From NCBI GenBank assembly GCA_016786465.1, contig JAEUWC010000021.1, positions 13,786 through 77,785 on the forward strand: a DNA stretch of 64,000 nucleotides, given 5' to 3'. Positions 21,965 to 33,188 of the stretch are shown piece after piece. Made by a program: the position numbers and the translations under genes. The notes beneath the pieces were generated by a model, which saw nothing but the letters and a program-made list of their open reading frames with translations, had not been told where the DNA came from and searched no databases. How positions within the stretch are numbered: position 1 is the stretch's first letter; every line of letters begins with the position of its first letter. Source of the stretch: Bdellovibrionales bacterium. Lineage in GTDB: Bacteria; Bdellovibrionota; UBA1018.

Positions 21965-22162
21965 TTACTTTTCCGAAACCACTTCAACCAAGTGCAAGAC
22001 CTTCTTGATCATCCCACGAACTGCTGGGGTGTTTTCCAAGGTCTTAACTTGTTCACGACGCTTCAATCCCAAACCATTCACGCAAGCGCGTTGATTCGGA
22101 GGGCAAGCGATCGTGCCTTTTTTCAGGCGAATCGTAATCGTTCTTTTTGCTGTTCCTGCCAT
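21965..22162 (-). CDS. rpmD: 50S ribosomal protein L30
   Basis: 65 aa, KTITIRLKKG..NGLGL consensus. Confidence 0.85.
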   Translation of the reverse strand: MAGTAKRTITIRLKKGTIACPPNQRACVNGLGLKRREQVKTLENTPAVRGMIKKVLHLVEVVSEK

Positions 22163-22188
22163 AAGTCACCTATTGGTTGGATTCCGCC

Positions 22189-22701
22189 TTATTGAAGGTC
22201 GGACAATTCCTTGCCGCGAGCACGAGCGATGTCTTGGAAGCTACGAAGGCCTTTCAGAGCATCGAAAGTCGCGCGAACGACGTTGTGTGGGTTGTCCCGG
22301 CGAATCGACTTCGTCAGGATGTTCTTGATTCCGGCGACTTCCAAAATCGCGCGAACTGAAGAACTGGCAATGATCCCAGTTCCTTCCGGAGCCGGCTTCA
22401 TCAACACGCGGCTTGCGCCCCAGTGCCCAAGAATTTCGTGAGGAATCGTGCTGCCGGTCATAGGGACCTTCACCAGATTCTTCTTCGCTTGCTTGCCGGC
22501 TTTCTTGATCGCTTCGGGAACTTCCCCAGCTTTACCCAGACCGACTCCGACTTGGCCCTTCTTGTCGCCGACGACGACGATCGCAGCGAAGCTGAAACGG
22601 CGTCCGCCTTTCACGACCTTTGCACATCGATTGATGTGAATGACCTTGTCTTCGAACTCTTGATCTTCCTGCTGACGTCCCATTTGAGAACCGATTGCCA
22701 T
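22189..22701 (-). CDS. rpsE: 30S ribosomal protein S5
   Basis: S5 dsRBD plus C-terminal domain consensus. Confidence 0.9.
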   Translation of the reverse strand: MAIGSQMGRQQEDQEFEDKVIHINRCAKVVKGGRRFSFAAIVVVGDKKGQVGVGLGKAGEVPEAIKKAGKQAKKNLVKVPMTGSTIPHEILGHWGASRVLMKPAPEGTGIIASSSVRAILEVAGIKNILTKSIRRDNPHNVVRATFDALKGLRSFQDIARARGKELSDLQ

Positions 22702-22714
22702 GAACTTTCTCCCT

Positions 22715-23092
22715 TTAGAATTTCAATCCTGCTTCGCGAGCCGCGTCGGCAACTGCCTTGATGCGACCGTGGTACAAGTACCCACTGCGATCGAAAACGA
22801 CTTTTGAAAAGTTTTTTGCCAAAGCGCGCTTCGCGATCATTTCGCCCACGCTCTTTGCTCCCTTAATGCTTCCATTCAGCTTTTCGCGAACATCGGATTC
22901 CGACGTCGAAGCGGCAACCAAAGTATGCCCTTTCACGTCATCCACCAACTGAGCGTACATGTGCTGGTTCGAACGGAATACCATCAAACGAGGACGTTCC
23001 GACGTTCCCAAAACTTTGCCGCGAATGCGCGCCTTGCGCTTGAAACGGATCTTCTGTTTTTCGCTCGTCGTACGACGAATCTTAGTAGCCAT
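22715..23092 (-). CDS. rplR: 50S ribosomal protein L18
   Basis: L18 consensus. Confidence 0.9.
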   Translation of the reverse strand: MATKIRRTTSEKQKIRFKRKARIRGKVLGTSERPRLMVFRSNQHMYAQLVDDVKGHTLVAASTSESDVREKLNGSIKGAKSVGEMIAKRALAKNFSKVVFDRSGYLYHGRIKAVADAAREAGLKF

Positions 23093-23128
23093 AATTCACT
23101 TCTTCCCTTTTTCAGAATGGAGCAGGCG

Positions 23129-23671
23129 TTATTTAGCGCCGGCTGCTTTACCTTCCTTACGGATGATTCTTTCGTTCGTGTAGCGAACGCCTTTGCCTTG
23201 ATACGGTTCTGGTTTCTTGAATCCGCGGATCTTCGCTGCGACCATTCCTACCAATTCCTTGTCAGCACCGGTCACGGTGACGTGAGTGTTGTTATCCACT
23301 TTTGCCGTGATGCCTGCTGGCAGGGTGTAATCAACTGGGTGCGAGTACCCCAAGGTCATCGAAAGAACCTGGCCCTTTGTCGATGCGCGGTAACCGACGC
23401 CGACGATGTCCAATTCCTTAGAGAACCCAGTAGCCACGCCGTGAACCATGTTATGGATCAGGGTGCGGGTCAAACCATGAAGAGCCGAAGCGTTAGGTAC
23501 TTTGTCGTCGCGGGTGATCAAGATTGCTCCTGAATCAACTTTGGCGGTGATCCCTTCCGGAATGCGGTGGCTCAATTTGCCTTTTGGGCCTTCCACCTTG
23601 ATCAAGCCGTCTTTGATTTCAACTTTTACGCCCTGAGTAATCTTTACGGGCATCTTTCCGATACGCGACAT
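23129..23671 (-). CDS. rplF: 50S ribosomal protein L6
   Basis: MSRIGKMPV... L6 consensus. Confidence 0.9.
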   Translation of the reverse strand: MSRIGKMPVKITQGVKVEIKDGLIKVEGPKGKLSHRIPEGITAKVDSGAILITRDDKVPNASALHGLTRTLIHNMVHGVATGFSKELDIVGVGYRASTKGQVLSMTLGYSHPVDYTLPAGITAKVDNNTHVTVTGADKELVGMVAAKIRGFKKPEPYQGKGVRYTNERIIRKEGKAAGAK

Positions 23672-23674
23672 AAA

Positions 23675-24073
23675 TCACCAAACCTCGCAAAGAATCTCGC
23701 CGCCGATTTTCGCCGTGCGAGCTTTGTTTCCAGTCATGACCCCTTTCGAGGTCGAAACGATTGCCACGCCTGCACCGCTCAATGGGCGAGGCATTTCTTC
23801 GTACCCAGCGTAACGGCGAAGACCGGGACGGCTGATGCGGCGAATGCCACGGATCACGCTTTCTCCGGAATCAGCGTACTTCAGGAAAACCTTAATCATA
23901 GGTTTTCCTTCGTCGCGGTGAAGACGAAAATTCTTGATGTAACCTTCTTCTTTCAAGACGCGAACGACGTTCGCCTTCAAGCGCGAAGCTGGGATTTCCA
24001 CTTTATCGTGGCTTTCCTTAGCTGCGTTTCTGATTCTCGTAAGAAGATCTGCAATTGGATCAGTCATGCTCAT
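23675..24073 (-). CDS. rpsH: 30S ribosomal protein S8
   Basis: MSMTDPIADLLTRIRNA consensus. Confidence 0.9.
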   Translation of the reverse strand: MSMTDPIADLLTRIRNAAKESHDKVEIPASRLKANVVRVLKEEGYIKNFRLHRDEGKPMIKVFLKYADSGESVIRGIRRISRPGLRRYAGYEEMPRPLSGAGVAIVSTSKGVMTGNKARTAKIGGEILCEVW

Positions 24074-24090
24074 GATTCGTTACCTCAAAC

Positions 24091-24798
24091 CTATTTTTTG
24101 AACGGCATTCCCATTGCCGCTAGAACTGCCCGTGCTTGTTCGTTGGTTCTTGCACTGGTCTGGATCGTGATGGTCATTCCGCGAACCTTATCGACCTGGT
24201 CATAGTTAATTTCCGGGAAAATGATCTGTTCACGAATTCCCAGAGAATAGTTTCCACGTCCGTCAAACGACTTGTTGTTCACGCCTTTGAAGTCGCGAAC
24301 GCGAGGCAAAGCAAAGTTCACCAAGCGGTCGTAGAATTCGTACATACGTGCGCGACGAAGAGTCATCGTGACGCCGACTGGGTTGCCTGCGCGAACTTTA
24401 AAGGCAGCGATTGCCTTACGTGCGCGGGTCAAAACCGGTTTCTGTCCAGTGATGGCCATTAAATCGTCCATCGTGTTATCCAAAACCTTTGGATTCGCAA
24501 CGGCGTCTTTCACGGCGCAGTTGATCACGATTTTTTGAATCCGAGGAACTTCCATTGGGTTCTTCAGTCCCAGTTCCTTCATCAATTGAGGAACGACTTT
24601 AGCCTTATAGAAAGTGGCCAAGCGTGGCTCTTTCTCGGGCGAAGCTTTCGTGTCGCCGTCAGCAGCAATTTTCACCGCACCGGTGCCTGCTCCTGCTTTG
24701 CGGCTTTTCTTAGCGCCATCGGGCTTCTTTGCAGCAGCTGCGGCGCCTTCCGGCTTCTTCGCTTCTGCTCCTGCTTCCTTCTTCTTTTCGTCGGCCAT
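24091..24798 (-). CDS. rplE: 50S ribosomal protein L5 with ~55 aa Lys/Ala/Glu-rich N-terminal extension
   Basis: Core ...[33 protein letters not shown]... is L5. No L24 gene lies between it and rplN, and no S14 gene between it and rpsH. Confidence 0.9.
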   Translation of the reverse strand: MADEKKKEAGAEAKKPEGAAAAAKKPDGAKKSRKAGAGTGAVKIAADGDTKASPEKEPRLATFYKAKVVPQLMKELGLKNPMEVPRIQKIVINCAVKDAVANPKVLDNTMDDLMAITGQKPVLTRARKAIAAFKVRAGNPVGVTMTLRRARMYEFYDRLVNFALPRVRDFKGVNNKSFDGRGNYSLGIREQIIFPEINYDQVDKVRGMTITIQTSARTNEQARAVLAAMGMPFKK

Positions 24799-24824
24799 AA
24801 ATACCTCTTCTTAATCCTTCTTAC

Positions 24825-25193
24825 TTACAGAACTTCCGGTGCCAGCGAGATGATCTTCGTGAATGCTTTTGCACGAAGTTCCCGAGCAACGGGTCCAAAG
24901 ATACGGGTTCCGATCGGTTCGTTCTGAGCGTTGATCAAAACGGCCGAGTTCGTGTCGAAACGGATGTAGCTTCCGTCGTTACGATTCACTTCTTTTTTGG
25001 TGCGAACGATGACGGCCTTCAGGACCTCACCTTTCTTAACCTTGGCGTTTGGAATCGCATCCTTCACGGTGACAACGATCACGTCGCCCACGCTTGCGTA
25101 CTTGCGCTTCGATCCGCCCAGGACCTTGATGCACATCACGGACTTCGCGCCCGAGTTGTCTGCCACATCCAGCCTAGTTCTCATTTGAATCAT
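24825..25193 (-). CDS. rplN: 50S ribosomal protein L14
   Basis: [17 protein letters not shown]... consensus. Confidence 0.9.
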   Translation of the reverse strand: MIQMRTRLDVADNSGAKSVMCIKVLGGSKRKYASVGDVIVVTVKDAIPNAKVKKGEVLKAVIVRTKKEVNRNDGSYIRFDTNSAVLINAQNEPIGTRIFGPVARELRAKAFTKIISLAPEVL

Positions 25194-25226
25194 AAATTCT
25201 CTCCAATCCTTTACCGGTAGCGCGTC

Positions 25227-25625
25227 TTAGACGTTCGCTTCTGGCGCCTGTCCGTTCTTACGAATGATCGACTTCAGAACCCAGCGCTTGTCCGAGCTCA
25301 TTGGGCGAGATTCAACGATTTCAACCAAGTCGCCGATCTTAGCCGTATTCTTTTCATCGTGCGCTTTGAAACGACGCGATTTCGTGACGTACTTCATGTA
25401 CATGCCGTGACGGACGTTACGATCGATCGTGACCACGATGGTCTTCTTCATTTTGTCGCTGACCACGGTTCCGACTAGGACGCGACGTCCGGCCAAACCG
25501 CGGCTGACTTGCTTCGAGATCACCGCTTTTGCTTCGGTCGCTTCAGGCTTCGCAGCTTTTTTCGGAGCTGCTGCAGCTTTCTTCGGAGCCGATGCTTTCT
25601 TTTCAGTCTTCTTTTCTGGTGCCAT
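25227..25625 (-). CDS. rpsQ: 30S ribosomal protein S17 with Lys/Ala-rich N-terminal extension
   Basis: S17 OB-fold core RRVLVGTVVSDKMKKTIVV. Confidence 0.85.
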   Translation of the reverse strand: MAPEKKTEKKASAPKKAAAAPKKAAKPEATEAKAVISKQVSRGLAGRRVLVGTVVSDKMKKTIVVTIDRNVRHGMYMKYVTKSRRFKAHDEKNTAKIGDLVEIVESRPMSSDKRWVLKSIIRKNGQAPEANV

Positions 25626-25640
25626 GACTACTTCCTATCC

Positions 25641-25847
25641 TTACTTAGTGGCCTTCGCCTTTTCGGTTGAAAGGCTCAGAACTCGGGCCAATTCTTTGCG
25701 CGTCTTCCAGACCAAAGCAGTGTTCTGCAATTGACCGGTTGCTTTTTCGATCTTCAGACCGAAAAGCTTTTCGCGAAGCTCACGAGCCTTAGCGCTCAAT
25801 TCGTCTTTCGAAAGACCCTTCAGACTTTTGAAACTTTTGATTGCCAT
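25641..25847 (-). CDS. rpmC: 50S ribosomal protein L29
   Basis: 68 aa helical protein, LSAKARELREKLFGLK. Confidence 0.8.
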   Translation of the reverse strand: MAIKSFKSLKGLSKDELSAKARELREKLFGLKIEKATGQLQNTALVWKTRKELARVLSLSTEKAKATK

Positions 25848-25849
25848 GA

Positions 25850-26347
25850 CTACCTCTTTCCTGCCGAAGCTGCCGCTGCAGCTTTCTTATCGGCTTTTGC
25901 CTTACGGGCCGCTTCGCGCGAAGCCAAAGCCAAAGCTTCGGACTTACGGCTGATCGGCTTGCACTTCACAGGCAGCTTGTGGCTGGCCAGGCGTAGTGCT
26001 TCGAAAGCTTCCGTCTGCGAAATACCGGACATTTCATAAAGAATACGCCCTGGCTTGATCACGCATGCCCATTCTTCGACGTTTCCTTTTCCGGAACCCA
26101 TCCGAGTTTCAGCAGCTTTCTTCGTGATCGCCTTGTCCGGGAAAATCCGAATCCAGATTTTGCCACCGCGCTTCACGTAACGGGTCATCGCGACCCGTGA
26201 AGATTCGATCTGGCGCGAATTAATGCGTCCGCACTGTGTCGCTTGAAGACCGAATTCTCCGAAAAACAAGGTACCGCCACGATCTGCACGACCGCGCATT
26301 TTACCTTTCTGCATTTTCCGCCATTTGACTCGTTTAGGAGACAACAT
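25850..26347 (-). CDS. rplP: 50S ribosomal protein L16 with Ala/Lys-rich C-terminal extension
   Basis: [19 protein letters not shown] consensus. Confidence 0.9.
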   Translation of the reverse strand: MLSPKRVKWRKMQKGKMRGRADRGGTLFFGEFGLQATQCGRINSRQIESSRVAMTRYVKRGGKIWIRIFPDKAITKKAAETRMGSGKGNVEEWACVIKPGRILYEMSGISQTEAFEALRLASHKLPVKCKPISRKSEALALASREAARKAKADKKAAAAASAGKR

Positions 26348-26375
26348 GATTCACCTCTGTATTCCTATTCCCCGC

Positions 26376-27053
26376 TTACTCGCGGGCAGCTTGGTTGGCT
26401 TTCGCTTCAACCGCAGCCTGTTTCTTCAAAGTCGCGACTTCGCCGTGGTAAACCCAAGCTTTGACGCCGATGACTCCGTACGTCGTGCGAGCTTCGGCAG
26501 TGCCGTAGTCCACGTTTGCGCGAAGGGTGTGCAGAGGCACGCTGTCTTCGCTGTACCATTCGGTACGTGCGATTTCGGCTCCGCCCAAGCGACCCGAAAC
26601 GCGAATTTTGATTCCTTTGATTCCCTGCTTGAAAGCAGCGGTCATGCACTTCTTCATCGCGCGGCGGAAAGCGACCCGCTTTTCCAGCTGCGAAGCGACG
26701 TTCTCGGCGATCAAGGTAGCGTTGGCTTCTGGCTTCTTGACTTCGATGATGTTCAAAAGAACTTCGTTCTTCGAAAGCTTTTGCACTTCGGCCTTCAGCT
26801 GTTCAACGCCGGCGCCCTTCTTACCGATCACGATGCCAGGACGAGCCGTGTGCACGTTGATCTTCACTTTGTTCGCTGCGCGCTCGATTTCGATGCGTGC
26901 AATGCCTGCCGTGAAAAGCTTTTCTTTCAGAAACTGGCGAAGTTTCAGATCTTCGTGAAGAAGCTTGCCGAATTCGCGCTTAGCGTACCAGCGGCTGTCC
27001 CAGGTACGAGTGATTCCGAGGCGGAAACCGATTGGATTAACTTTTTGACCCAT
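26376..27053 (-). CDS. rpsC: 30S ribosomal protein S3
   Basis: [14 protein letters not shown] consensus with a KH domain. Confidence 0.9.
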   Translation of the reverse strand: MGQKVNPIGFRLGITRTWDSRWYAKREFGKLLHEDLKLRQFLKEKLFTAGIARIEIERAANKVKINVHTARPGIVIGKKGAGVEQLKAEVQKLSKNEVLLNIIEVKKPEANATLIAENVASQLEKRVAFRRAMKKCMTAAFKQGIKGIKIRVSGRLGGAEIARTEWYSEDSVPLHTLRANVDYGTAEARTTYGVIGVKAWVYHGEVATLKKQAAVEAKANQAARE

Positions 27054-27066
27054 TGTTCTATTCCTT

Positions 27067-27402
27067 TTATTTCTCGGCCAAAATCACTGAAATGTGACTG
27101 GTTTTCTTGTTGATCTTGAAAGCAGACCCTTTTGCACGAGGACGGAACCTTTTCAGGGTCATTCCTTGTCCAACCAGAATCGTCTTCACGAAAAGTTTAT
27201 CGACATCGATCGTTCCCTTTTGGGTCGCGTTGGCGACTGCCGACTTCAAAAGAGTTTCGATGATCCCTGCCGTGCGACGGCGAGGCGAAAACTTCAAGTA
27301 CGTCAACGCGGTGTTGATGTCCTTGCCACGAACCGCATCCACAAGAAGTCCCATCTTGCGGGGTGTGATTCTTACAAAGCTAACTTTTGCTTTTACTTCC
27401 AT
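27067..27402 (-). CDS. rplV: 50S ribosomal protein L22
   Basis: L22 consensus. Confidence 0.9.
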   Translation of the reverse strand: MEVKAKVSFVRITPRKMGLLVDAVRGKDINTALTYLKFSPRRRTAGIIETLLKSAVANATQKGTIDVDKLFVKTILVGQGMTLKRFRPRAKGSAFKINKKTSHISVILAEK

Positions 27403-27421
27403 GGTCTAATTCCTTTCGCCC

Positions 27422-27769
27422 TTACTTAGCCGCAGGCTTGGCTGCCGCCGCTGCCGGAGCTGCTGCTCCTGCCGCTGCTGCTGGTGCGCCTTCTGCTGCT
27501 GCCTTCTTGTCCGCTGGGGTGTGGCCAGAGAACTGACGGGTTCCGGCGAATTCGCCGAGTTTGTGTCCGACCATGTTTTCCGTGACGTACACCGGAACGA
27601 ACTTCTTGCCGTTGTGAACAGCAAGGGTCAGTCCGACAAAGTCAGGAAGAATAGTAGAACGGCGTGACCAGGTCTTGATCACTTTACGGTCTTGGGTTTG
27701 ACGAGCCGCCGTGACCTTCTTCAGAAGATGGTCATCGATGAACGGGCCTTTTTTAATGGATCTCGCCAC
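27422..27769 (-). CDS. rpsS: 30S ribosomal protein S19 with poly-Ala C-terminal tail
   Basis: [12 protein letters not shown] consensus. The tail is [26 protein letters not shown]. Confidence 0.9.
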   Translation of the reverse strand: MARSIKKGPFIDDHLLKKVTAARQTQDRKVIKTWSRRSTILPDFVGLTLAVHNGKKFVPVYVTENMVGHKLGEFAGTRQFSGHTPADKKAAAEGAPAAAAGAAAPAAAAAKPAAK

Positions 27770-27783
27770 AGTGTGCTCCTTTT

Positions 27784-28617
27784 TTACCTACGACGCTTTA
27801 CGATGAAAGCGTCGGTACGTTTATTGTTTCGAGTCTTATAGCCTTTAGTTGGAACGCCCCATGGGGTGCGCGGATGACCGCCGCCCGAAGACTTTCCTTC
27901 ACCACCACCGTGTGGGTGGTCGATTGGGTTCATGGAAACACCGCGGTTAGTCGGGCGAACGCCCATCCAACGAGCGCGGCCGGCTTTGCCGATTGCAATG
28001 TTTTCATGGTCCGTATTCGAAAGTTGGCCGATCGAAGCTTTGCAACGTGAGTGGATCAAACGGATTTCGCCGCTTGGCATCTTCACTTGGCAATATTCGC
28101 CTTCTTTAGCCATCAACTGTCCGTAGCCACCTGCCGAGCGAGCCAACTTGCCGCCGCGTCCAGGAATGACTTCGATGTTGTGAATCAGGGTACCGACCGG
28201 AATCGCTGAAAGCGAAAGGTTGTTGCCTGGCTTAATGTCAGCGGTGTCACTGGCCAAAACGGCGTCGCCGACGTTCAGGTTCAGAGGAGCGATAATGTAG
28301 CGCTTTTCGCCGTCTGCGTAGTTCAGTAGAGCAATGTAAGCCGTACGGTTTGGATCGTATTCCAACGAAACGACTTTCGCTGGAATTTCACGCTTAGAAC
28401 GTAGGAAATCGATCAAACGATACTTGCGCTTGTGTCCGCCGCCGATGTGGCGAACGGTCATTTTTCCGAAAACGTTGCGTCCACCGGTCTTGTTCAATGC
28501 CGAGACCAATTTACGAGGCTTCTTCGGCTGCTCTTTACGAGGAGTCAGGATCGAAAAATCTGCGACGTTCTTGAATCGCTGGCCTGGAGTAACAGGTTTA
28601 AATGATTTGATTGCCAT
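27784..28617 (-). CDS. rplB: 50S ribosomal protein L2
   Basis: L2 consensus, 277 aa. Confidence 0.9.
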   Translation of the reverse strand: MAIKSFKPVTPGQRFKNVADFSILTPRKEQPKKPRKLVSALNKTGGRNVFGKMTVRHIGGGHKRKYRLIDFLRSKREIPAKVVSLEYDPNRTAYIALLNYADGEKRYIIAPLNLNVGDAVLASDTADIKPGNNLSLSAIPVGTLIHNIEVIPGRGGKLARSAGGYGQLMAKEGEYCQVKMPSGEIRLIHSRCKASIGQLSNTDHENIAIGKAGRARWMGVRPTNRGVSMNPIDHPHGGGEGKSSGGGHPRTPWGVPTKGYKTRNNKRTDAFIVKRRR

Positions 28618-28625
28618 GTTTCACC

Positions 28626-28913
28626 TTACTTCTTGAAGAAGTCGATCTTCTGACCTTCACCGAGGGTCACGATCGCCTTTTTCCAGTTAGCGCGCTTAAC
28701 CGGTCCACGACCGATACGCTTCCACTTGCCGTGCATGATCATCGTGCGGACTTCCCGAACATTGACCTTGAAAAGCTTTTCAACAGCAGTGCGAATTTCC
28801 TGTTTGTTCGCTTTAACATCGACTTCGAAGGCATACTTCCCTGCGATTTCTGCCAGGGCCGTGCTTTTCTCGCTGATGATCGGGCGACGAATAGTACTGA
28901 ATAGGTTTTCCAT
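28626..28913 (-). CDS. rplW: 50S ribosomal protein L23
   Basis: L23 consensus. Confidence 0.85.
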   Translation of the reverse strand: MENLFSTIRRPIISEKSTALAEIAGKYAFEVDVKANKQEIRTAVEKLFKVNVREVRTMIMHGKWKRIGRGPVKRANWKKAIVTLGEGQKIDFFKK

Positions 28914-28916
28914 AAA

Positions 28917-29549
28917 TTACTCCGCCTTCTTTCCAAGTCGCGTCTCAAGCGCTTCAATCGCACGCTTGCTGATGACCAGGTTTTGAAAACGAACGATGTC
29001 GTAAACGTTGATACCTTCGGTGCGAAGAACACGAACCAATGGGATGTTTCCAGCCGCTTGTTCTAGGTTCTTGTTCGCTTCGTCGATGATCAAGACTTTG
29101 CTCAACTTCAAAGCGTTCTTCAGCGTGGTCGCGAAAGGTTTCGTCTTGCCGTTGGCCAGCTTGATATCGTCGATGACAAAAAGCTTCTTCGAATTGAAAC
29201 GATCGGACAGAGCGCTACGAAGAGCTCCGCGGACCATTTCTTTCGGAGTGCGTTGAGCATACGAACGAGGTTGTGGACCGAAGTTCTGACCGCCGCCCAC
29301 TTTCAGAGGCGAGCGACTTGAGCCTTGGCGAGCATTACCTGTGCCTTTTTGCTTGAACGGCTTCTTACCGCCACCGCGCACTTCGCTTTTGACTTTCGTC
29401 TTAGCGGTGCCTTGGCGACGATCAGCAAGCTGAGCTTTGATCACTTGGTGAACCAACGGATAGTTGATTTCAGATCCGAAAACGGTGTCACTTAAAGTGA
29501 CCGTTCCGACTTTTTTATTTTCCAGATTAATGACGTCTAATGTCGGCAT
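28917..29549 (-). CDS. rplD: 50S ribosomal protein L4
   Basis: L4 consensus. Confidence 0.9.
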   Translation of the reverse strand: MPTLDVINLENKKVGTVTLSDTVFGSEINYPLVHQVIKAQLADRRQGTAKTKVKSEVRGGGKKPFKQKGTGNARQGSSRSPLKVGGGQNFGPQPRSYAQRTPKEMVRGALRSALSDRFNSKKLFVIDDIKLANGKTKPFATTLKNALKLSKVLIIDEANKNLEQAAGNIPLVRVLRTEGINVYDIVRFQNLVISKRAIEALETRLGKKAE

Positions 29550-29557
29550 AATTCACC

Positions 29558-30271
29558 TTATCCCTTGATCGCCTTGCGGACAGTGACGATCCCGCTCTTC
29601 GGTCCTGGAACGCTTCCATGGACCAGAAGAATCTGGTTTTCTTTGTCCACACCCACAACCTTGATGTTCTGGACCGTGCGCTTCACGTTCCCCATCTGTC
29701 CGGGCATTTTCTTGTTTTTGAAACATTTTGCGGGATCAGCGCGGTTACCGATCGATCCCAGCTGGCGGTGCGAAAGCGATGCACCGTGCGACTTAAAGCC
29801 CCCAGCCATGTGGAAGCGCTTAACGCCCCCCTGGAAGCCTTTGCCTTTGCTGATTGCGGTCAGGTCGACAAAATCGCCTTCTTTCAAGAAGTCGATTGAA
29901 AGCGTCTTACCTGCAGTCAAGCCGTCCAACTTATCGTTGTCAGCCAAACGGATTTCTTTACGAACGTAGAAACCAGGTGACGAAATTTTCTTATAGTGGC
30001 CCTGTTCGGCTTTGTTCGCGGCTTTGGCTTTCTTTTCAAGAATGCCCAGCTGAATCGCGTTGTAACCGTCGGTGGCCTTGGTCTTCACTTGCGTGATGAC
30101 GTTGGGTTTCAGGTCGATGACGGTCACAGCAATGACGTCGCCGTCTGCGCTGTAAACCTGGGTCATCCCCGCCTTAACGCCGTAAATAGCAGCCGACTTT
30201 GCATTCAAAGCGACAGCTTCACGAGCGCCTGTTTGTGCCGTAGCGTTTTGCTCCATACTCTCTTTCTCCAA
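29558..30271 (-). CDS. rplC: 50S ribosomal protein L3 (N-terminal ~25 aa extension; exact start uncertain)
   Basis: GVKAGMTQVYSADG... L3 core. Confidence 0.85.
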   Translation of the reverse strand: MEKESMEQNATAQTGAREAVALNAKSAAIYGVKAGMTQVYSADGDVIAVTVIDLKPNVITQVKTKATDGYNAIQLGILEKKAKAANKAEQGHYKKISSPGFYVRKEIRLADNDKLDGLTAGKTLSIDFLKEGDFVDLTAISKGKGFQGGVKRFHMAGGFKSHGASLSHRQLGSIGNRADPAKCFKNKKMPGQMGNVKRTVQNIKVVGVDKENQILLVHGSVPGPKSGIVTVRKAIKG

Positions 30272-30516
30272 GACAAGAAGATCAAAGGGCCCTAACCCCG
30301 AAAAAAATCTTCTTTTCTAAAAAAGCATCGATTTGATCGATGTCTCCAACACAGCATCACCGGGAAGCTGCTTAGCTTTCGCCAAAGCCGCCGGATGCTT
30401 TCATGATGAAGTCTTTGAACCCTTCGACTTTCTTTTTGGGAACCCTTCCGGCTCACGCCGACCGGGGCAAAAAGGAGTTTCGAACTGATTCGCAAAAAGC
30501 CGAAATCGCGAAGCGA

Positions 30517-30831
30517 TTACGACTTGATTTCAACATCCACACCCGCAGACAGATCCAGTTTCATCAAAGAATCAACGGTCTGTTGCGTCGGCTCGAGGAT
30601 ATCCAAGAGCCGCTTATGAGTCCGAACTTCGAACTGCTCACGGGACTTCTTGTCGATGTGCGGAGAGCGAAGAACGCAATACTTGTTGATCACAGTTGGC
30701 AATGGGATCGGACCACGAACCGTGGCGCCCGTTCTTTTTGCCGTGTTCACGATTTCCCAAACCGATTGGTCCAGGACGCGGTGATCGAAAGCTTTCAACT
30801 TGATGCGAATTTTGTGTTCTTGCACTGACAT
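30517..30831 (-). CDS. rpsJ: 30S ribosomal protein S10
   Basis: S10 consensus. Strong AAGGAAGGGAAG SD. Confidence 0.9.
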   Translation of the reverse strand: MSVQEHKIRIKLKAFDHRVLDQSVWEIVNTAKRTGATVRGPIPLPTVINKYCVLRSPHIDKKSREQFEVRTHKRLLDILEPTQQTVDSLMKLDLSAGVDVEIKS

Positions 30832-30858
30832 GACTTAACTTCCCTTCCTTTTGAATTA

Positions 30859-30897
30859 TTTCTTGAAATCACCCTTAAAACCCTAGTGATTTCAAGA
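30859..30897 (-). promoter_or_regulatory. Perfect 12-bp inverted repeat (leader stem-loop) immediately upstream of the rpsJ SD
   Basis: ttcttgaaatca-N15-tgatttcaagaa. Candidate S10-leader regulatory hairpin. Confidence 0.45.
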
Positions 30898-31045
30898 ACT
30901 TCGAGAGTTCCCCAGACCGAAAAAGGTATCGATTTGGCAATCTTCCCAAAGACTTGAACGTAATAAGTTCGCCGTGTTTACTGTGAATGGCCAAAAACCA
31001 CAAGGGCTTTTCGCAACAAATTCAGACGTATTTTTAAGGGGTTTC

Positions 31046-33184
31046 CTAGACAGACTCGGGTCCGACAGCATCGGGCCGGGGGGGTAAAATCACGCCCGAG
31101 CGCACCTTGATGTCATGGGCAATGGCTGGCGGAACGGGTTCGTAATGGGAAAATTCCATCGTGAAAGTTGCGCGACCCTGCGAAGACGACCTGACCGCCG
31201 TCGAATACCCAAACATCGTCGCCAAAGGCACTTCGGCGTCGACGACCTGCATTCCATGCCTAGGATTCATTCCCAGGATCTTCCCACGTCGGCTGTTCAG
31301 GTCCCCGATCACTCCGCCCACATAATCGTCGGGGCAGATGATTTCACACTTCATCATGGGTTCCAGAATCTGGGGGTCACCCTTCATACCCCCATCGCGA
31401 AATGCCATCGAAGCCGCAATCTTGTAGGCCACTTCGGTTGAATCGGTTTCGCTAAACGACCCACCCAAAAGCGTGCACTTCAGATCGACGACCGGATAAC
31501 CCGCGACGATACCGCCGAGCATCGTTTCTTGAAGGCTTTTTTCAATCGCCGGGATGAATTGTTTCGGAATTGCTTCAGGCGGGCACTTGTTTTCAAACGC
31601 AAAACCTTTGCCGCGTTCCAGGGGTTCCATTTTTACGATCACGTGGCCGAACTGATTTTTCGTGCCGATTTGCCGCATGAATTTCGCTTCAACCTGCGCG
31701 GGTTTGGCGATCGTTTCTTTGTAGGCGACTTGCGGCTGCCCCACGTTTCCATCGACTTTGAATTCGCGCTTCATGCGATCCACGATGATTTCTAGGTGCA
31801 ATTCGCCCATTCCGCTGATCAGCGTCTGGCCGGTTTCTTCATTGATTGAAATTCGGAAAGAGGGATCTTCCATCGCCAGTCGGCTTAGCGCCTGGGCCAA
31901 CTTTTCTTGGTCGGCTTTAGTCTTGGGTTCAATCGCAATGGAAATGACGGGTTCCGGAAATTCCATCTTTTCAAGCAAAATGGGCTTTCCTTCGTTGCAA
32001 AGCGTGTCACCCGTGATGGTGAAGCGAAGTCCTACCGCTGCCGCAATATCGCCCGCGGAAACTTCGTTCACGTCTTCACGTTTATTGGCATGCATCCGAA
32101 GCAGTCGACCGATGCGTTCGCGTTTTCCTTTGCCCGCATTCAAAACGTTGTCGCCGGTTGCGACTTTTCCAGAATAAACCCGGAAAAACACCAATTGCCC
32201 AACGAACGAATCGTTCATCAGCTTGAAAGCCAGCGCTGAAAAAGGTTCTTCTGGGCTTGCAGGCCGGTTCAAAGTTTTTTCTTCGTCCTTCAAATCCTTT
32301 CCTTCGACAGGACGAATATCCAAAGGCGAAGGCAAGTAAGCGACGATTGAATCCAAAAGCGGCTGAACGCCTTTGTTCTTGAAGCTTGCGCCGCAAATCA
32401 CAGGAATCAGCTGAATGGAAATACACCCTTTGCGAAGTGCCGCGCGAATTCGATCAGAAGAAATCGGTTTTTCTTCCAGAAAATCATTCATCAAAGATTC
32501 ATCTTGGTCCGCGACAGCTTCCAAAAGTTTCTGGCGGTATTCCGTTGCCTGATCTTGAAGTTCTTCCGGAATTTCGACAGTCGTCGCGTTGGCACCTTGA
32601 CCGTCTCCCACCCATTTCATCGCCTTCATTTCGATCAGATCGACGACTCCCTGGAAGCTGTCTTCAGCACCCCAAGGAATCTGAAGCGCCACCGGATTCG
32701 CTTTCAGGCGGTCCTTGATCTGCTTCAAAACGTCAAAGAAGTCCGCACCTACGCGGTCCATCTTGTTGACGAAAGCAATCCTGGGAACATGGTACTTGTT
32801 GGCTTGGCGCCAAACGGTTTCGCTTTGGGGTTCAACACCGCCAACCGCGCAGAAAACACCCACAGCACCATCCAACACACGCAGGGAACGTTCGACTTCG
32901 ATGGTGAAGTCGACGTGCCCTGGCGTGTCGATGATGTTGATTTTCTGATCCTTCCAATAACAAGTGGTCGCGGCCGACGTGATCGTGATTCCGCGTTCTT
33001 GTTCTTGAGGCATCCAGTCCATGATGGTTGTGCCTTCATGGACTTCACCCATCTTGTGCGTTTTGCCGGTGTAGAACAGGATCCGCTCGGTCGTCGTGGT
33101 CTTACCCGCGTCGATGTGAGCCATGATCCCGATATTTCGGGTGGCCAGGAGCGCTTGGCGCGCCTGGGGTGTCATTTCTGCCAT
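31046..33184 (-). CDS. fusA: Elongation factor G
   Basis: [26 protein letters not shown]-domain plus domains II-V. Start taken at the internal Met (MAEMTPQ) because the upstream part of the listed ORF overlaps the Hcp-like gene. No tuf follows. Confidence 0.9.
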   Translation of the reverse strand: MAEMTPQARQALLATRNIGIMAHIDAGKTTTTERILFYTGKTHKMGEVHEGTTIMDWMPQEQERGITITSAATTCYWKDQKINIIDTPGHVDFTIEVERSLRVLDGAVGVFCAVGGVEPQSETVWRQANKYHVPRIAFVNKMDRVGADFFDVLKQIKDRLKANPVALQIPWGAEDSFQGVVDLIEMKAMKWVGDGQGANATTVEIPEELQDQATEYRQKLLEAVADQDESLMNDFLEEKPISSDRIRAALRKGCISIQLIPVICGASFKNKGVQPLLDSIVAYLPSPLDIRPVEGKDLKDEEKTLNRPASPEEPFSALAFKLMNDSFVGQLVFFRVYSGKVATGDNVLNAGKGKRERIGRLLRMHANKREDVNEVSAGDIAAAVGLRFTITGDTLCNEGKPILLEKMEFPEPVISIAIEPKTKADQEKLAQALSRLAMEDPSFRISINEETGQTLISGMGELHLEIIVDRMKREFKVDGNVGQPQVAYKETIAKPAQVEAKFMRQIGTKNQFGHVIVKMEPLERGKGFAFENKCPPEAIPKQFIPAIEKSLQETMLGGIVAGYPVVDLKCTLLGGSFSETDSTEVAYKIAASMAFRDGGMKGDPQILEPMMKCEIICPDDYVGGVIGDLNSRRGKILGMNPRHGMQVVDAEVPLATMFGYSTAVRSSSQGRATFTMEFSHYEPVPPAIAHDIKVRSGVILPPRPDAVGPESV

Positions 33185-33188
33185 AGAA

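Noticed and set aside
22925-23533. 202-aa plus-strand ORF, and similar long antisense ORFs (e.g. 26325..27113, 35001..35930, 36135..36830, 32504..33229)
   Set aside because: They lie antisense to highly conserved r-protein, fusA or lon genes. Their composition is dominated by the opposite-strand codon bias, and they have no SD or motifs.
30292-30495. 67-aa ORF in the rpsJ-rplC spacer
   Set aside because: No SD. Arg-rich junk composition. More likely a noncoding structured spacer.
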